Below, one piece after another: positions 18,141-28,219 of a stretch of DNA of 49,926 nt. This stretch comes from Bdellovibrionales bacterium (GTDB lineage: Bacteria; Bdellovibrionota; Bdellovibrionia; Bdellovibrionales; UBA1609). Positions within the stretch are counted from its first letter, which is position 1. Every line of letters starts with the position of its first letter. The position numbers and the translations under genes were made by a program. The notes below the pieces were generated by a model. The model ran no database searches and was not told the DNA's origin. It was given only the letters and a program-made list of their open reading frames with translations. The DNA lies in the NCBI GenBank assembly GCA_031412575.1, contig JANODG010000248.1:1-49926 (forward strand). Direction: 5' to 3'.

Positions 18141-19058
18141 TTGAAAGATCCGTACAAAGTACTTAACGTTGCTAAAACGGCTTCGATGGATGTTATTAAA
18201 AAAGCGTACAGAACCCTTGCTAAAAAATTTCATCCAGATTTGAATCCAGGCAACAAAGAAGCTGAAGCTAAATTCAAGGAAATAAGTCACGCCTATGAAC
18301 AGATTGGAAAAGAGGATTCGCGCGTAAAATTTGATAAAGGTGAAACCGACAAGCAACAGCAATCTCGCGAAAGAGCCACCTATTATCAAAGCCAACAAGA
18401 CAGCGGTCGCTATTCAAGATCGTTTGGGCAAGATTTTGATGAGACCGACTTTTTTGAAAATCTTTTTAGAAATTCTGATGCGCAAGGAAGTCGACGGCAA
18501 CCATCCAGTTCTAGACCAAATTTGTCAGGTGAAGATCACCTTTATCGTTTAGAAGTTGATTTTAAGGATGCAGCCTTGGGTGCTGAACGCGAAATCACTT
18601 TGCCAACAGGAAAAAAACTTCTATTAAAAATTCCCCCAGGTATTAATTCTGGCACAAAGCTAAGAATTAAAAAGCAAGGCGGGGCGGGATTTGATTCGGC
18701 CCCCCCGGGCGATGCCTATGTTGAGATTTCGGTGAATGACCTTGCAGGATATAGGCGTGTTGGAAATAATATTGAAACTGAACTTGTATTAAGTTTTCAA
18801 GAGGCGATCCTTGGGGCTGAGGTCAAGGTGCAAACGATTGATGGCCAAGTCATGATGCAAGTCCCAGCGGGAACAAGTACGGGATCAAGATTACGAATAC
18901 GAGGCAAAGGTATCAAAACAAGTTCGGCGCGCGGCGATCAGATTGCTATAATAAAAATTGTTTTACCAAAAATTATTAGTTCTGCACTTAAAAAAGCGAT
19001 TCGAAATTTGGGATCTCAATATTCATACGATCCTCGATCAACAAAGGCAACAGTATGA
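18141..19058 (+). CDS. cbpA: DnaJ-class curved-DNA-binding co-chaperone
   Basis: J domain with HPD, no zinc finger, DnaJ C-terminal domains; followed by a cbpM-like relic. Confidence 0.85.
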   Translation: MKDPYKVLNVAKTASMDVIKKAYRTLAKKFHPDLNPGNKEAEAKFKEISHAYEQIGKEDSRVKFDKGETDKQQQSRERATYYQSQQDSGRYSRSFGQDFDETDFFENLFRNSDAQGSRRQPSSSRPNLSGEDHLYRLEVDFKDAALGAEREITLPTGKKLLLKIPPGINSGTKLRIKKQGGAGFDSAPPGDAYVEISVNDLAGYRRVGNNIETELVLSFQEAILGAEVKVQTIDGQVMMQVPAGTSTGSRLRIRGKGIKTSSARGDQIAIIKIVLPKIISSALKKAIRNLGSQYSYDPRSTKATV

Positions 19059-19180
19059 ACAAAATCCTTATGGGCGTGAACGATGAAACCATTCTTGTTG
19101 TCTTACACCTTGTAGGTCAACTAAATCGGATTAACATCGAAGTTCAAACTGTGGTTCAGTTTTATCCGAAGAAAGCATAA
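19055..19180 (+). pseudogene. truncated chaperone modulator CbpM-like ORF (41 aa)
   Basis: ATGA overlap with the cbpA stop; MGVNDETILVVLHLVGQL matches the CbpM C-terminal GVN.EG...IL.L.DQ pattern; N-terminal MerR-like part missing. Confidence 0.65.
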
Positions 19181-19268
19181 GCTTACGATCTTCTTGTTTG
19201 GCCAGAAAATTGCACCGTATAACTTTGTTCAACCTAATTTTTTGTAATTACGATCTAAAGGAAAGAAA

Positions 19269-19796
19269 TTGAAAAAACTAATCTATAAACTCCCATTTTT
19301 GATCTCTATTCTAGCAGTTATTGGTGGAGTTTTTATATCAATTATCTTCGGAGTAAATGAAGATTTTATTAAAGATAAGATTAATGCTGGATTAGAAAAA
19401 AATGTAGAGATTCAAAGTATATCGGATCCAGTGACTAAAGCCGAAAAACTTAAAACTGAAGCCGATAAAAATTGGCGCTATTATCAACGATATCACTTTC
19501 ATGCAAATGGCATTGCATCTCTGACCTTGGCCATTTTAGTTTTACTGACTCTAATTGAAATTTCAAAAAAAGAATTTATAATATCATCGTATTCAGTTTC
19601 GGTTGGTGGTTTCTTATATCCTTATGTTTGGTTGTTTGCAGGAATATATGGGCCATCAATTGGCCGCGAAAACGCCAAGGAAGCTTTTTCACTTTTGGGG
19701 TATATGGGTGGTTTGTATTTACTCGGAATCATTTATGCTTTTTTTCTGGTTGCCACAAAACCTTGGAATGAAAGAATTAATAAATTATTCTCCTAA
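19269..19796 (+). CDS. hypothetical four-TM membrane protein
   Basis: Hydrophobic segments and a RYHFHANG His motif. Confidence 0.75.
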   Translation: MKKLIYKLPFLISILAVIGGVFISIIFGVNEDFIKDKINAGLEKNVEIQSISDPVTKAEKLKTEADKNWRYYQRYHFHANGIASLTLAILVLLTLIEISKKEFIISSYSVSVGGFLYPYVWLFAGIYGPSIGRENAKEAFSLLGYMGGLYLLGIIYAFFLVATKPWNERINKLFS

Positions 19797-19930
19797 ATTG
19801 TATATTTATCTTAGTTACTTTTACAGGATACTTATGCCCAACAAAGTCACTCATTCGACGACGCCCTAAGGAAGATCACAGATTTAATGGCAACGTTTAA
19901 ATTTATAGAAAGTTTTAGGCCAAAACTAAT

Positions 19931-20007
<77 letters not shown>

Positions 20008-20271
20008 ACGGGATAATAAATTGGGATTAAATATAAAAAAGAAAATTATAACATTCTTAAGAAACTCACAACGATTTATTAAGAGTAATTAGTAAAACTC
20101 TGAAAAAAATCTTTTCCCCCCATGAATTCATCTTACATTTAGACTGATTTTTAAGCTTTCCATAACTAGCATCCATACAAACTGCAGATACGAATCGTTT
20201 GCGTAACATTTAGCCTAAAATTAAGTCATTCAAGTGACTTTAAACAGTTCTCGTGTAATGACTGTCCCATC

Positions 20272-21630
20272 ATGAAAAGTTCCTCGGCTGGTTTGCTCAT
20301 TCTCATTGTTTTAAATATCTTTTTAATTCCAACACTTTCTTGGTCAGCCACTGAACTTGATGACACTAATCCTACCTACATTAGATGGTCCGGTGAATAT
20401 CGAACTCGCTATGAACTTTTATTTCCACCTGCGGGCCAGGGAAGTTCATCTTTAAGCAACTTTAGCCACAGATTAATTTTGGCTTCGAACTTTAAACCCC
20501 AAGAAAATATCCAACTTAAAGCTTCCCTTCTTTTATCAGAAAATTTAGGTCAAGACTTTAAAGGCTACGCCGGTTACTCAGTAAATTCATCCAATGCAGA
20601 AAGTGTTTTTATTTATGAGCTTTATGCCAACTGGCTTGCTGATTCCGGTTTAGGCTTTCAAGTGGGACGCTTTTTATTTAACAGTGCCAACGATAAGTTT
20701 TTTTCCAACAACTTAGATGATGCAATCCCAACACGTTTTGATGGTGGACTTTTAAAGTATGATAAAGACTTTTTTAATTTTTCAGGCGGCGCCTTTATCG
20801 TATCGCAATTTCAAAACGCACAATTAGAAATTGAAACTTCAAGACTATATATTGTGAGTGTTGACCTAAAAATTGATGAAAATTTATTTAAGAATATAAA
20901 CTTAAGTTTTATAAGTTACGATACTGTTGAAAACACATTCGTAGAACTTAATAATTTCACCTTCCCTGAAAAATCCTTCACCATGTATGCGGTGTCATTA
21001 ACCGGGGACTATGGACCATTTTTCTACACTGCAGATGCGGGCTTGCAGCAAGGCACAAACGACACTGCTGATCAGACTGTCGACGGCAGTATGTTTGATG
21101 CAAAACTTGGCTACACAATTCATGTGCCTTCAAAATCTAATATTTATGTGGCGGGACATATAGATTCCGGGGACGAATCTTCGACCGCCGAAGTCGATGA
21201 AAGCTATAACCCACTTTTTTATAATCACTTTGTAAACGGTGGTCGCATGAATCTTTTAGGATGGGGCAATTTAACTTCTTTTACTGCCGGTGTTTCAAGA
21301 CAGTTCACGGACAACGTTAATGTGCAGCTTGAATACATTAAATTTCTTCGCACGACCGCGGAGGCAGGCATTAACGGTTTAAGTCCGACGGGACTGACCG
21401 CACTTACAATCGATGAATCAGGCAACAACACTGGCCCTTATAATAACAATTTAAATTCATCTAATAAAAACATCGGGGACGAGGTTGATTTAGTGATCGA
21501 TTATAAGTCTGGCGTTGGTTTGAAATTTCAAAGCATCACTGGGCTATTCATGCCGGCGGGTTATTTAAAAGACTACGACAAATCCGAGCTTATATTCTTT
21601 CAACGCTTCGGTTTAGAATTTCTATTCTAA
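20272..21630 (+). CDS. alginate-export (AlgE-like) outer-membrane beta-barrel
   Basis: Signal peptide, GEYRTRYE, QVGRF, RFDG, SGD....YNPLF..H, IGDEVDL, terminal F. Confidence 0.75.
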   Translation: MKSSSAGLLILIVLNIFLIPTLSWSATELDDTNPTYIRWSGEYRTRYELLFPPAGQGSSSLSNFSHRLILASNFKPQENIQLKASLLLSENLGQDFKGYAGYSVNSSNAESVFIYELYANWLADSGLGFQVGRFLFNSANDKFFSNNLDDAIPTRFDGGLLKYDKDFFNFSGGAFIVSQFQNAQLEIETSRLYIVSVDLKIDENLFKNINLSFISYDTVENTFVELNNFTFPEKSFTMYAVSLTGDYGPFFYTADAGLQQGTNDTADQTVDGSMFDAKLGYTIHVPSKSNIYVAGHIDSGDESSTAEVDESYNPLFYNHFVNGGRMNLLGWGNLTSFTAGVSRQFTDNVNVQLEYIKFLRTTAEAGINGLSPTGLTALTIDESGNNTGPYNNNLNSSNKNIGDEVDLVIDYKSGVGLKFQSITGLFMPAGYLKDYDKSELIFFQRFGLEFLF

Positions 21631-21700
21631 GCCCAAAGTCTAGCCCAGATCTGGGTTTCAAGTGTGTGCTTTTTTTTGCAACTTTCGATAATCTAGTTAT

Positions 21701-22261
21701 GTGAGAAATCTAAAAAAAGCTGTTCTTAACCAAAAATTAATATTCAATCCCCCAATTAATTTTACTTTCAGACTCTCTTTGCTCAGTAGCATTTTCTTGA
21801 TTTGTTTTTCTGGCGTATGGGCCCAAAAGCGAATGAAGGTAGATGACAATGTGTCCATTAATATTGAAGAAGTCCTAGCCTTAACTGCAGAATTTCATAA
21901 GGTCAGAGTTGCCAAAGACAATACTGAGACGTTAAAGCTTGCCAACGAAATCACTAGTAAACTTGGAATTGTGGCCAACATTACAGGTAAAAAAAATTCA
22001 GTTCAAAGCTTACACATAACTAAAATTATTCAATCTGCGCAAAGTGCTTTGGAAATTTACAAAGAAGATCCGAATTCAAAAGATGCGCATTTAGAGTTAA
22101 AAGATTTTTTTAAAGAGATCGTACAAATCACTCAAGTGTTTGATGTGAAAAAATATAAAATTTTCTTTTGTCCACAGGACAAAGCTTTATGGCTTCAGAC
22201 ATTACCTAAGGCGCAAAATCCGGTTTCACCGAATTTAAAAAATTGCGGCAAACCCGTATAA
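21701..22261 (+). CDS. exported helical protein with a DUF3347-like C-terminal Cys motif
   Basis: FCPQDKALWLQ.....NP......CG resembles the CPM..WL....NP...CG motif; start uncertain. Confidence 0.6.
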   Translation: MRNLKKAVLNQKLIFNPPINFTFRLSLLSSIFLICFSGVWAQKRMKVDDNVSINIEEVLALTAEFHKVRVAKDNTETLKLANEITSKLGIVANITGKKNSVQSLHITKIIQSAQSALEIYKEDPNSKDAHLELKDFFKEIVQITQVFDVKKYKIFFCPQDKALWLQTLPKAQNPVSPNLKNCGKPV

Positions 22262-22264
22262 GCC

Positions 22265-22993
22265 ATGGAACAAGAACTCGCGAAAATATTCAGGTACATC
22301 CCCGAATGGGTTTTTGTCCTAATCCTAATTAGTATTTTAGTGGGTTTTGTTTTTTTTGATAATCCACTAACCACGGTTTGCGAAACTCAAATTTCGGATT
22401 TTAGCCAAGGGCAATCTGGAAAACTATTTCCAAGGGCCGTTATGGTTGTTGACCCACTGACGGGTGGCCCTCACTTCGAAAACGTTTTAGCCAAAAATCG
22501 GAAGCAATGTATTGGTTCCATCGAGGGCGCTGGTTGTTACGGTTATTTTAAAACCATTCAAAGTGTGTTGAACGATTTTAAAAAATTAAAAAGTAAATGT
22601 TTGATGGAACTTTCCCAGAAGGGTGTTATTAAAACTTTGTTTGATGACTTTATAATGACTGTGACTCGATTAGCTTGGGGAGAAACTCCTCCGCTTTCTC
22701 AAAACAATAAAAAAGGTTGGCTTGCAGATTCAGAGCTCAAAACATTTTGTCAGGTTAAAAAATACTATAATGTTTTTTTTAAACCCGAAGATTGGGATAA
22801 CCTAACTCGAAAAACATTAGCCGAACTTGTGATTGAACCTAAAAATTATTTAAGGGAAGAAAAATCAAAAAGAGAAATGTTTGATGACGAAATTCAGGAC
22901 GAAAAAGAATACGTTTTCGAAAAAGCCGTTATGGATTTTAGAAAAGCTTACGATCTAAGTCTTCTTACTTTCGACTGTCTTTATTATCAGTAA
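22265..22993 (+). CDS. hypothetical membrane-anchored Cys-containing protein
   Basis: One N-terminal TM segment, six Cys, 3 nt downstream of the previous gene. Confidence 0.75.
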   Translation: MEQELAKIFRYIPEWVFVLILISILVGFVFFDNPLTTVCETQISDFSQGQSGKLFPRAVMVVDPLTGGPHFENVLAKNRKQCIGSIEGAGCYGYFKTIQSVLNDFKKLKSKCLMELSQKGVIKTLFDDFIMTVTRLAWGETPPLSQNNKKGWLADSELKTFCQVKKYYNVFFKPEDWDNLTRKTLAELVIEPKNYLREEKSKREMFDDEIQDEKEYVFEKAVMDFRKAYDLSLLTFDCLYYQ

Positions 22994-23312
22994 CGAGGTT
23001 TTTTTAAGTTTTACAGTCTTTATTACCAACAAATCCTTTAATTCTATTTTTGTATCAAGAATAGAAAAGCCAAATCTTTCTTCATATTGAATCAGCTTTG
23101 TTGCATATGGTGTCCATTAGAAAAGATGTGAGGGTTATAAAACTAAGCGATTTTATTTTTGTTTAATTTGATAGTCTTAAATTGATTCTAGGGTCTCATT
23201 TTAAAACAATAAGTTTAATTTATTTTTACTTTTTTCCTGACTTTCCGATAAGTTAATAAGTGTTCGACTGTAAAAAGAGTTGATTCTCTAGCAAAATCTT
23301 CAGCGGAGATAG

Positions 23313-24347
23313 ATGGTTAATTTTTTCGAAAAATTTATTGATGGATTTCTTTTTGAATTCGAAATTCTAGCTCATAGATTTTTGTTTAAGACTGAAAATG
23401 CTTATAATTTTTTCTGGATGATTTCTTTTGTTTTGATCACCCTTGTTCTATTCAAATTTAACAGAAAAAGAATTAAACAAGCTCTAGAATTTATTCGAAG
23501 TCCACAGTTTGCAGCAGAATTGAAAAAGGACTTATTTTCATGGTCTTTACGTTTTTTATATAAGCCAATTCTTTTTTCATATTTTTTGATTAACTTCGAT
23601 GAGATCGAATCCTATCTTTTTTCTTTGTCCAATAAATACGGGATTGGTTTTGCAGAACCTTTAATTCATTTAGATCCTATTTTAGGATCTGTTGTCGTTG
23701 GAGTACTTATCTATACGACAACAGATTTTTTTGATTTTTTAAATCATTATCTGCAACATAAAATCAAATGGTACTGGTACTTCCATATGAATCATCACTT
23801 TGCCACTGTACTTACACCTTTAACCAAGTATCGTCTTCATCTGGTTGATTATTTTGGAACACTTTTATTTCCAGTACTTTTAAAAGTTCCAGCGACTCTA
23901 TTTATTTATAAAATATTTTTGATTCACGGGGAAGACACCTCTTTAAGTGTAATTGTGGCTTTTGGTTATATTTTTCATTTACCAATAGTGCATTTAAGAC
24001 ATAGCCATGTGAAACTTCATTATGGCCCATATTTGAGTAAAATTTTTATCAGTCCTGTTATGCACCAACTTCATCATAGTCGTGAACGTAAACATTTAGA
24101 TAAAAATTGGGGCTTGCACTTGTCAATTTGGGACGGCATTTTTAATTCTCGATATATCCCAGATAAAAAAGATGAGAACTTTAATTTTGGAATTCGAGGT
24201 TATGAAAAATTAATCCAGAAAAGATCCTACTGGTATGAAATGTATTTGCCTTTTATATTGATCGCTAGAGATATTAGAAGATTCCTACGTAATATATCTA
24301 AAAATAAAGTAGCCAAAAATTTTAACAAAAAAACTGTAGCCACATAA
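23313..24347 (+). CDS. sterol desaturase / fatty acid hydroxylase family protein
   Basis: His boxes HYLQH, HMNHH, HLRHSH, HQLHH; KNWG..LSIWD.IF. Confidence 0.9.
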   Translation: MVNFFEKFIDGFLFEFEILAHRFLFKTENAYNFFWMISFVLITLVLFKFNRKRIKQALEFIRSPQFAAELKKDLFSWSLRFLYKPILFSYFLINFDEIESYLFSLSNKYGIGFAEPLIHLDPILGSVVVGVLIYTTTDFFDFLNHYLQHKIKWYWYFHMNHHFATVLTPLTKYRLHLVDYFGTLLFPVLLKVPATLFIYKIFLIHGEDTSLSVIVAFGYIFHLPIVHLRHSHVKLHYGPYLSKIFISPVMHQLHHSRERKHLDKNWGLHLSIWDGIFNSRYIPDKKDENFNFGIRGYEKLIQKRSYWYEMYLPFILIARDIRRFLRNISKNKVAKNFNKKTVAT

Positions 24348-24473
24348 CTTTAGAGATTTTAAGTTGCAAGTAGGATGGGGCTTTTCAACATCCCAATCTA
24401 CGCATCAAGTGCTAAATCTAAGTGATGATTTAAACACTTAAGTATGGTCGTAATCTAAAAACTACTTAACAAA

Positions 24474-24529
24474 AAAAAGCTCAATTTTTCGTCTAGCCAG
24501 AGTGGCTTTGAGTCAAAAATGAGCTTTTT
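24474..24529. terminator. putative bidirectional terminator hairpin between convergent genes
   Basis: AAAAAGCTCAATTTT...AAAAATGAGCTTTTT inverted repeat. Confidence 0.55.
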
Positions 24530-24618
24530 ATGATGCAACTCTGAATTTTAGTTGTTTTTGTTAAAGCCAAATTTTTCTTAATAATTTTAAGATTTCTTAA
24601 GAAAATAGGGATGTAAGA

Positions 24619-24930
24619 CTAATATTCAAATGGTTTTGGGCTTACTGGAGTAGGACGTCTCATGTTGTCATAAGCTAAAGTCCCTACAGGCAATAAAGCC
24701 AACTGACGCGCCTTTTTAATGGCATTGTTTAGTGATTTTTGTTGTTTATAGCTAAGTTTGCTCACTCTAGCAGGCACTATACGGCCACCTTCATACAAAA
24801 ATTTGCTTAAAGATACTGGATCTTTGTAATCAAACTTATAATCAGCTGGGTAATCTGTACGATATTTAGTTTTGTAGTTTTTACGGTCTTCTTTTTCTTC
24901 GAATCCGCCACCAAAATCTCTGTCTTCCAT
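24619..24930 (-). CDS. rpsR: 30S ribosomal protein S18 (Cys-free)
   Basis: FDYKD...L.KFL..GGRIVPAR.....KQQ......IKKARQLALLP; GGAGG RBS. Confidence 0.95.
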   Translation of the reverse strand: MEDRDFGGGFEEKEDRKNYKTKYRTDYPADYKFDYKDPVSLSKFLYEGGRIVPARVSKLSYKQQKSLNNAIKKARQLALLPVGTLAYDNMRRPTPVSPKPFEY

Positions 24931-25067
24931 TATTCCTCCACAATGGTCATAGGGGGTGAAATCAGTTCATCCCTGTGGTTTTTAAGAGTTATAGACTAGT
25001 TTTTTGTTGCCAACAAGCCCAAATAATCATTATAAAGACTTTTCGCTTTTGAAGGAGAAGTTAAGCT

Positions 25068-25358
25068 ATGTCTCGTTGTGAATTATCAGGTCAAAGTCCT
25101 GTTGTTAAAAACCTTGTCAGCCATTCTAATATTAAAACGAAGTCTACAGCGTTTCCAAACATCCAAAATAAAAAGTTTATCAGTGAGGCTTTAGATCAAG
25201 CTTTTTCTTTTAAAGTATCAGCTCGTACGTTAAAAACGATCGAACACATGGGTGGTTTTGATAAGTACATCTTAAAACAAGATGACGTTATCCTTTCAAA
25301 AAAAGCTCTAACTGTTAAAAATAAAATTGCTAAAAAAATTCGTTTTAAAAAAGCATAA
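25068..25358 (+). CDS. rpmB: 50S ribosomal protein L28
   Basis: MSRCELSG......NLVSHSNIKTK...PNIQ...KVSARTLKTIEHMGG. Confidence 0.95.
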   Translation: MSRCELSGQSPVVKNLVSHSNIKTKSTAFPNIQNKKFISEALDQAFSFKVSARTLKTIEHMGGFDKYILKQDDVILSKKALTVKNKIAKKIRFKKA

Positions 25359-25376
25359 ATTCTAAAGGTGTAAAAA

Positions 25377-25586
25377 ATGAAACTTAAAATAAAAAAAGGT
25401 CAAAAAGTTAAAGTTATTTGTGGCAACGACAAAGGTAAAACTGGCGATGTTATTGAAATTAACGCGTCTAAATTACAAGTTAAAGTTTCTGGAATCGCTA
25501 TGCGTACTCACTTTGATAAGAAGAACAGTACAACACAACAAAAAGAAGCTTTTATCGACTACTCAAACGTTGCTTCAGTAAAATAA
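25377..25586 (+). CDS. rplX: short 50S ribosomal protein L24 (KOW)
   Basis: KIKKGQKVKVICGNDKGKTGDV...V.G...H...KEAFIDYSNV. Confidence 0.85.
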   Translation: MKLKIKKGQKVKVICGNDKGKTGDVIEINASKLQVKVSGIAMRTHFDKKNSTTQQKEAFIDYSNVASVK

Positions 25587-25723
25587 TTTATTTAAGAAAA
25601 TTAAGTTAAATCTTTCTGTAGAATAATTTAACCGACACAAATAAAAATTATCAAACTAAGTTTCCTATCAAAGGATCTGACGGGAAAAACAAAAAGTAAA
25701 AAATGCGATAGCTTAGATTTTGC

Positions 25724-25762
25724 AAAAAGGCGGGTGGTCAAAGATGACTTTTCGCCTTTTTT
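25724..25762 (+). terminator. intrinsic terminator after rpmB-rplX
   Basis: AAAAAGGCG..GGTCA-AAGA-TGACT..CGCCTTTTTT hairpin with a T tract. Confidence 0.7.
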
Positions 25763-25777
25763 GTTTTTAAGGACAGT

Positions 25778-26596
25778 ATGATTAAGATTGGCGTTTTTCA
25801 AATGACATCAGGTTTAAGTCTTCAAGATAATAAAGCTTGGATTTTAGACCAATTGTATAGCCATGATTTAAGCGACTACCAGTTTTTATTTTTTCCAGAG
25901 AATAGCTTAAGCCTAAAAATTACAGACTACGATCGTTTAGAAAAAATATCTTTAACTGATCCTTTTTGGGATGAGCTAAAAGCCATCTGCGAAGCAAATA
26001 ATTTAGAAATGCAAATATCTACAGCCATTCAAGATGTGGTTGGAAAAAATTTAGGTCCCACATTAAATTCTTCTTTATGGATCACCAAAGAAGGTATTCA
26101 AAGTGTTTATAATAAAATTCATTTATTTAAGGTAAAGCTTCCTAATAAAACTATTGATGAACACATGACTTTTGATGCCGGTGAAAGGCCTGTCATTCAT
26201 AAATCAGAATTAGGTTTAACTTTTGGCTCTACAATTTGTTTCGACTTAAGATTTCCAAAGCTTTACCAATACTATGCAGATCAAAATGTGGATGTGATCA
26301 CTGTGCCTTCCGCATTTTTAGAAAGAACCGGTAAAGATCACTGGCATGTGCTTTTAAAAGCGCGCGCTATCGAAACTCAAGCCTACATCATTGCATCTGC
26401 TCAATCAGGACATCATATTTGTCCTAACACTAACCAAGTCAGACACACCTTTGGACATTCTTTAGTTGTAGATCCTTGGGGGAATGTGATTTTAGATGCT
26501 GGCCAAGACGCTGGGCTTTTTCACTGTTTTGTCGATATAGATTTTTTAAAAAAAACCAGAGCCACTATCCCTATGGATCGTGCGTTTAAAGGATAA
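25778..26596 (+). CDS. carbon-nitrogen hydrolase (Nit1/deaminated glutathione amidase-like)
   Basis: FPEN, YNKIHLF, ICFDLRFP triad; ARAIETQ; GHSLVVDPWG. Confidence 0.92.
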   Translation: MIKIGVFQMTSGLSLQDNKAWILDQLYSHDLSDYQFLFFPENSLSLKITDYDRLEKISLTDPFWDELKAICEANNLEMQISTAIQDVVGKNLGPTLNSSLWITKEGIQSVYNKIHLFKVKLPNKTIDEHMTFDAGERPVIHKSELGLTFGSTICFDLRFPKLYQYYADQNVDVITVPSAFLERTGKDHWHVLLKARAIETQAYIIASAQSGHHICPNTNQVRHTFGHSLVVDPWGNVILDAGQDAGLFHCFVDIDFLKKTRATIPMDRAFKG

Positions 26597-26599
26597 GTT

Positions 26600-27808
26600 A
26601 TGCCTCAGTTTTTAGCGGTGTCGTCTCGTGGACTTCATCAAGCCTTGTTGCTTGAAATGCAAGAGCGCGGATTTCAAAATTTAAAAAAAGGTCCATCCGG
26701 TGTCGAGTTCGAAGGCCCTTGGAAAGAATGTTACCGTGCGAATATGGTTTTAAAAACTAGTCCTAGAATTTTAAAACCAATTTTAGATTTTCCTGCATAT
26801 AACAAAGATGAATTTTATCACAATGCTACAAAGCATGATTTTACAAAATACATCACACCTAATCAGACGTTAGCGGTGCAAGCGACCATCAAAGACTCTA
26901 ACTTCAAAGATCAACGTTATCCCAGCATGCTTTTAAAAGATGTTGTTGTGGATCAGTTTATTGAAAAATATGGTGAACGTCCAAATGTCGATAAAGACAA
27001 TCCTGACCTTCCTTTGTCTGTTAAGATTTATAAAAACCAAGTTTCGATTTCATTGGACACCAGTGGATTTTCTCTTTCACAGCGTGGTTACAGATCTGAA
27101 AGCGTTGAAGCTCCAATCAAAGAGCACGTAGCTGCCGGACTAATTCAATTGATGAAATGGAAAAAGGAAGAACCCTTTTATGATCCGATGTGTGGATCTG
27201 GAACTTTCTTGATCGAGGCCTGCAATTGGGATCAAGCGCACTTAAACACAGATTTTGCATTTCGAAGATGGGGTAATTTTCAAGAAGAGTCCTATAACGA
27301 ACTAGTTGATGAAATGGGTGCTAAACCCCAAGAGGTTAAACGTATAGATTCTAAAATCATGGTCAGATCAAGTGGTGTGAATGAAATGGAACAAAAAAAT
27401 ATGTTCGTTGCAGGTTCTGACATTTCACCAAAAAATTTGGATGTGGCAAAGATTGGAATCGCAAATGCCAAATCAAAAGTAAGACCACATTTATTTCAAG
27501 TGGACTTTTTTAATCTGACAGAAAAAGTTTTATCTGAGCAAATTAAAAACTGGCCTGAAAAAGGTTTGGTGTTAATGAACCCACCTTATGACTTAAGATT
27601 AAAAACGAAAATGAATCTTTATGATTTATTTGATCAGATGATTTCACAATGTCATAAATGTTTGCCAGGCTGGCGTTTAGGTATATTAGCACCAGAAGAT
27701 TTGGATGATCGACAACTTAAAATTCTTCCTGATTCAGTAGCACACTTTGAATCAGGCGGGCTGAAAATTAAATTACTTCGTTATAGAAATGCTAGTGGCG
27801 GTTTTTAA
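26600..27808 (+). CDS. THUMP-domain rRNA methyltransferase (RlmL-like)
   Basis: LDTSG.SL..RGYR, APIKE, DPMCGSGTFLIEA, NPPY. Confidence 0.9.
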   Translation: MPQFLAVSSRGLHQALLLEMQERGFQNLKKGPSGVEFEGPWKECYRANMVLKTSPRILKPILDFPAYNKDEFYHNATKHDFTKYITPNQTLAVQATIKDSNFKDQRYPSMLLKDVVVDQFIEKYGERPNVDKDNPDLPLSVKIYKNQVSISLDTSGFSLSQRGYRSESVEAPIKEHVAAGLIQLMKWKKEEPFYDPMCGSGTFLIEACNWDQAHLNTDFAFRRWGNFQEESYNELVDEMGAKPQEVKRIDSKIMVRSSGVNEMEQKNMFVAGSDISPKNLDVAKIGIANAKSKVRPHLFQVDFFNLTEKVLSEQIKNWPEKGLVLMNPPYDLRLKTKMNLYDLFDQMISQCHKCLPGWRLGILAPEDLDDRQLKILPDSVAHFESGGLKIKLLRYRNASGGF

Positions 27809-27821
27809 ACACAATTATAGA

Positions 27822-28166
27822 TTAAAATGGTTTATAAAGCGCAAGGTAAGCCATCGCTGTTCCTAGCACACCATAACAAATAATGGTCAGTGAAGGACCA
27901 AGTGACTTTGTAAACTTAGGAGCCATTCCGACAAGAAGCCAACCCACTAGTTTTAACCAAACCCAAGCGGGCCAAGGATAGGGTAATTTTAATTTTGCGA
28001 TTAATCCAAATCCTGCAACAAATACTATAACTAAAAATATACCGTGGATTGCTCCAAAAATTTTTCTAGATTTAGTGCCTTGGGCCAAAGCCGAAAGACC
28101 ACCTAAGGTCATAAAGACTACAATGATACAAACGACGTGAATAAATTTATACGTTAAATAAGACAT
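27822..28166 (-). CDS. small four-TM membrane protein (SirB2-like)
   Basis: Y..YKFIH...HG...G..L...WVWLKL..W...KPF. Confidence 0.7.
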   Translation of the reverse strand: MSYLTYKFIHVVCIIVVFMTLGGLSALAQGTKSRKIFGAIHGIFLVIVFVAGFGLIAKLKLPYPWPAWVWLKLVGWLLVGMAPKFTKSLGPSLTIICYGVLGTAMAYLALYKPF

Positions 28167-28219
28167 ACAGTTCTAATAGTTTACTATTGAAATAAAAACA
28201 AGTTCGGGACTGTAAAGAA

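Noticed and set aside
1-19930. Second att copy of the tRNA-Pro 3' end, integrase or IS
   Set aside because: None found by eye, so no mobile_element feature was called
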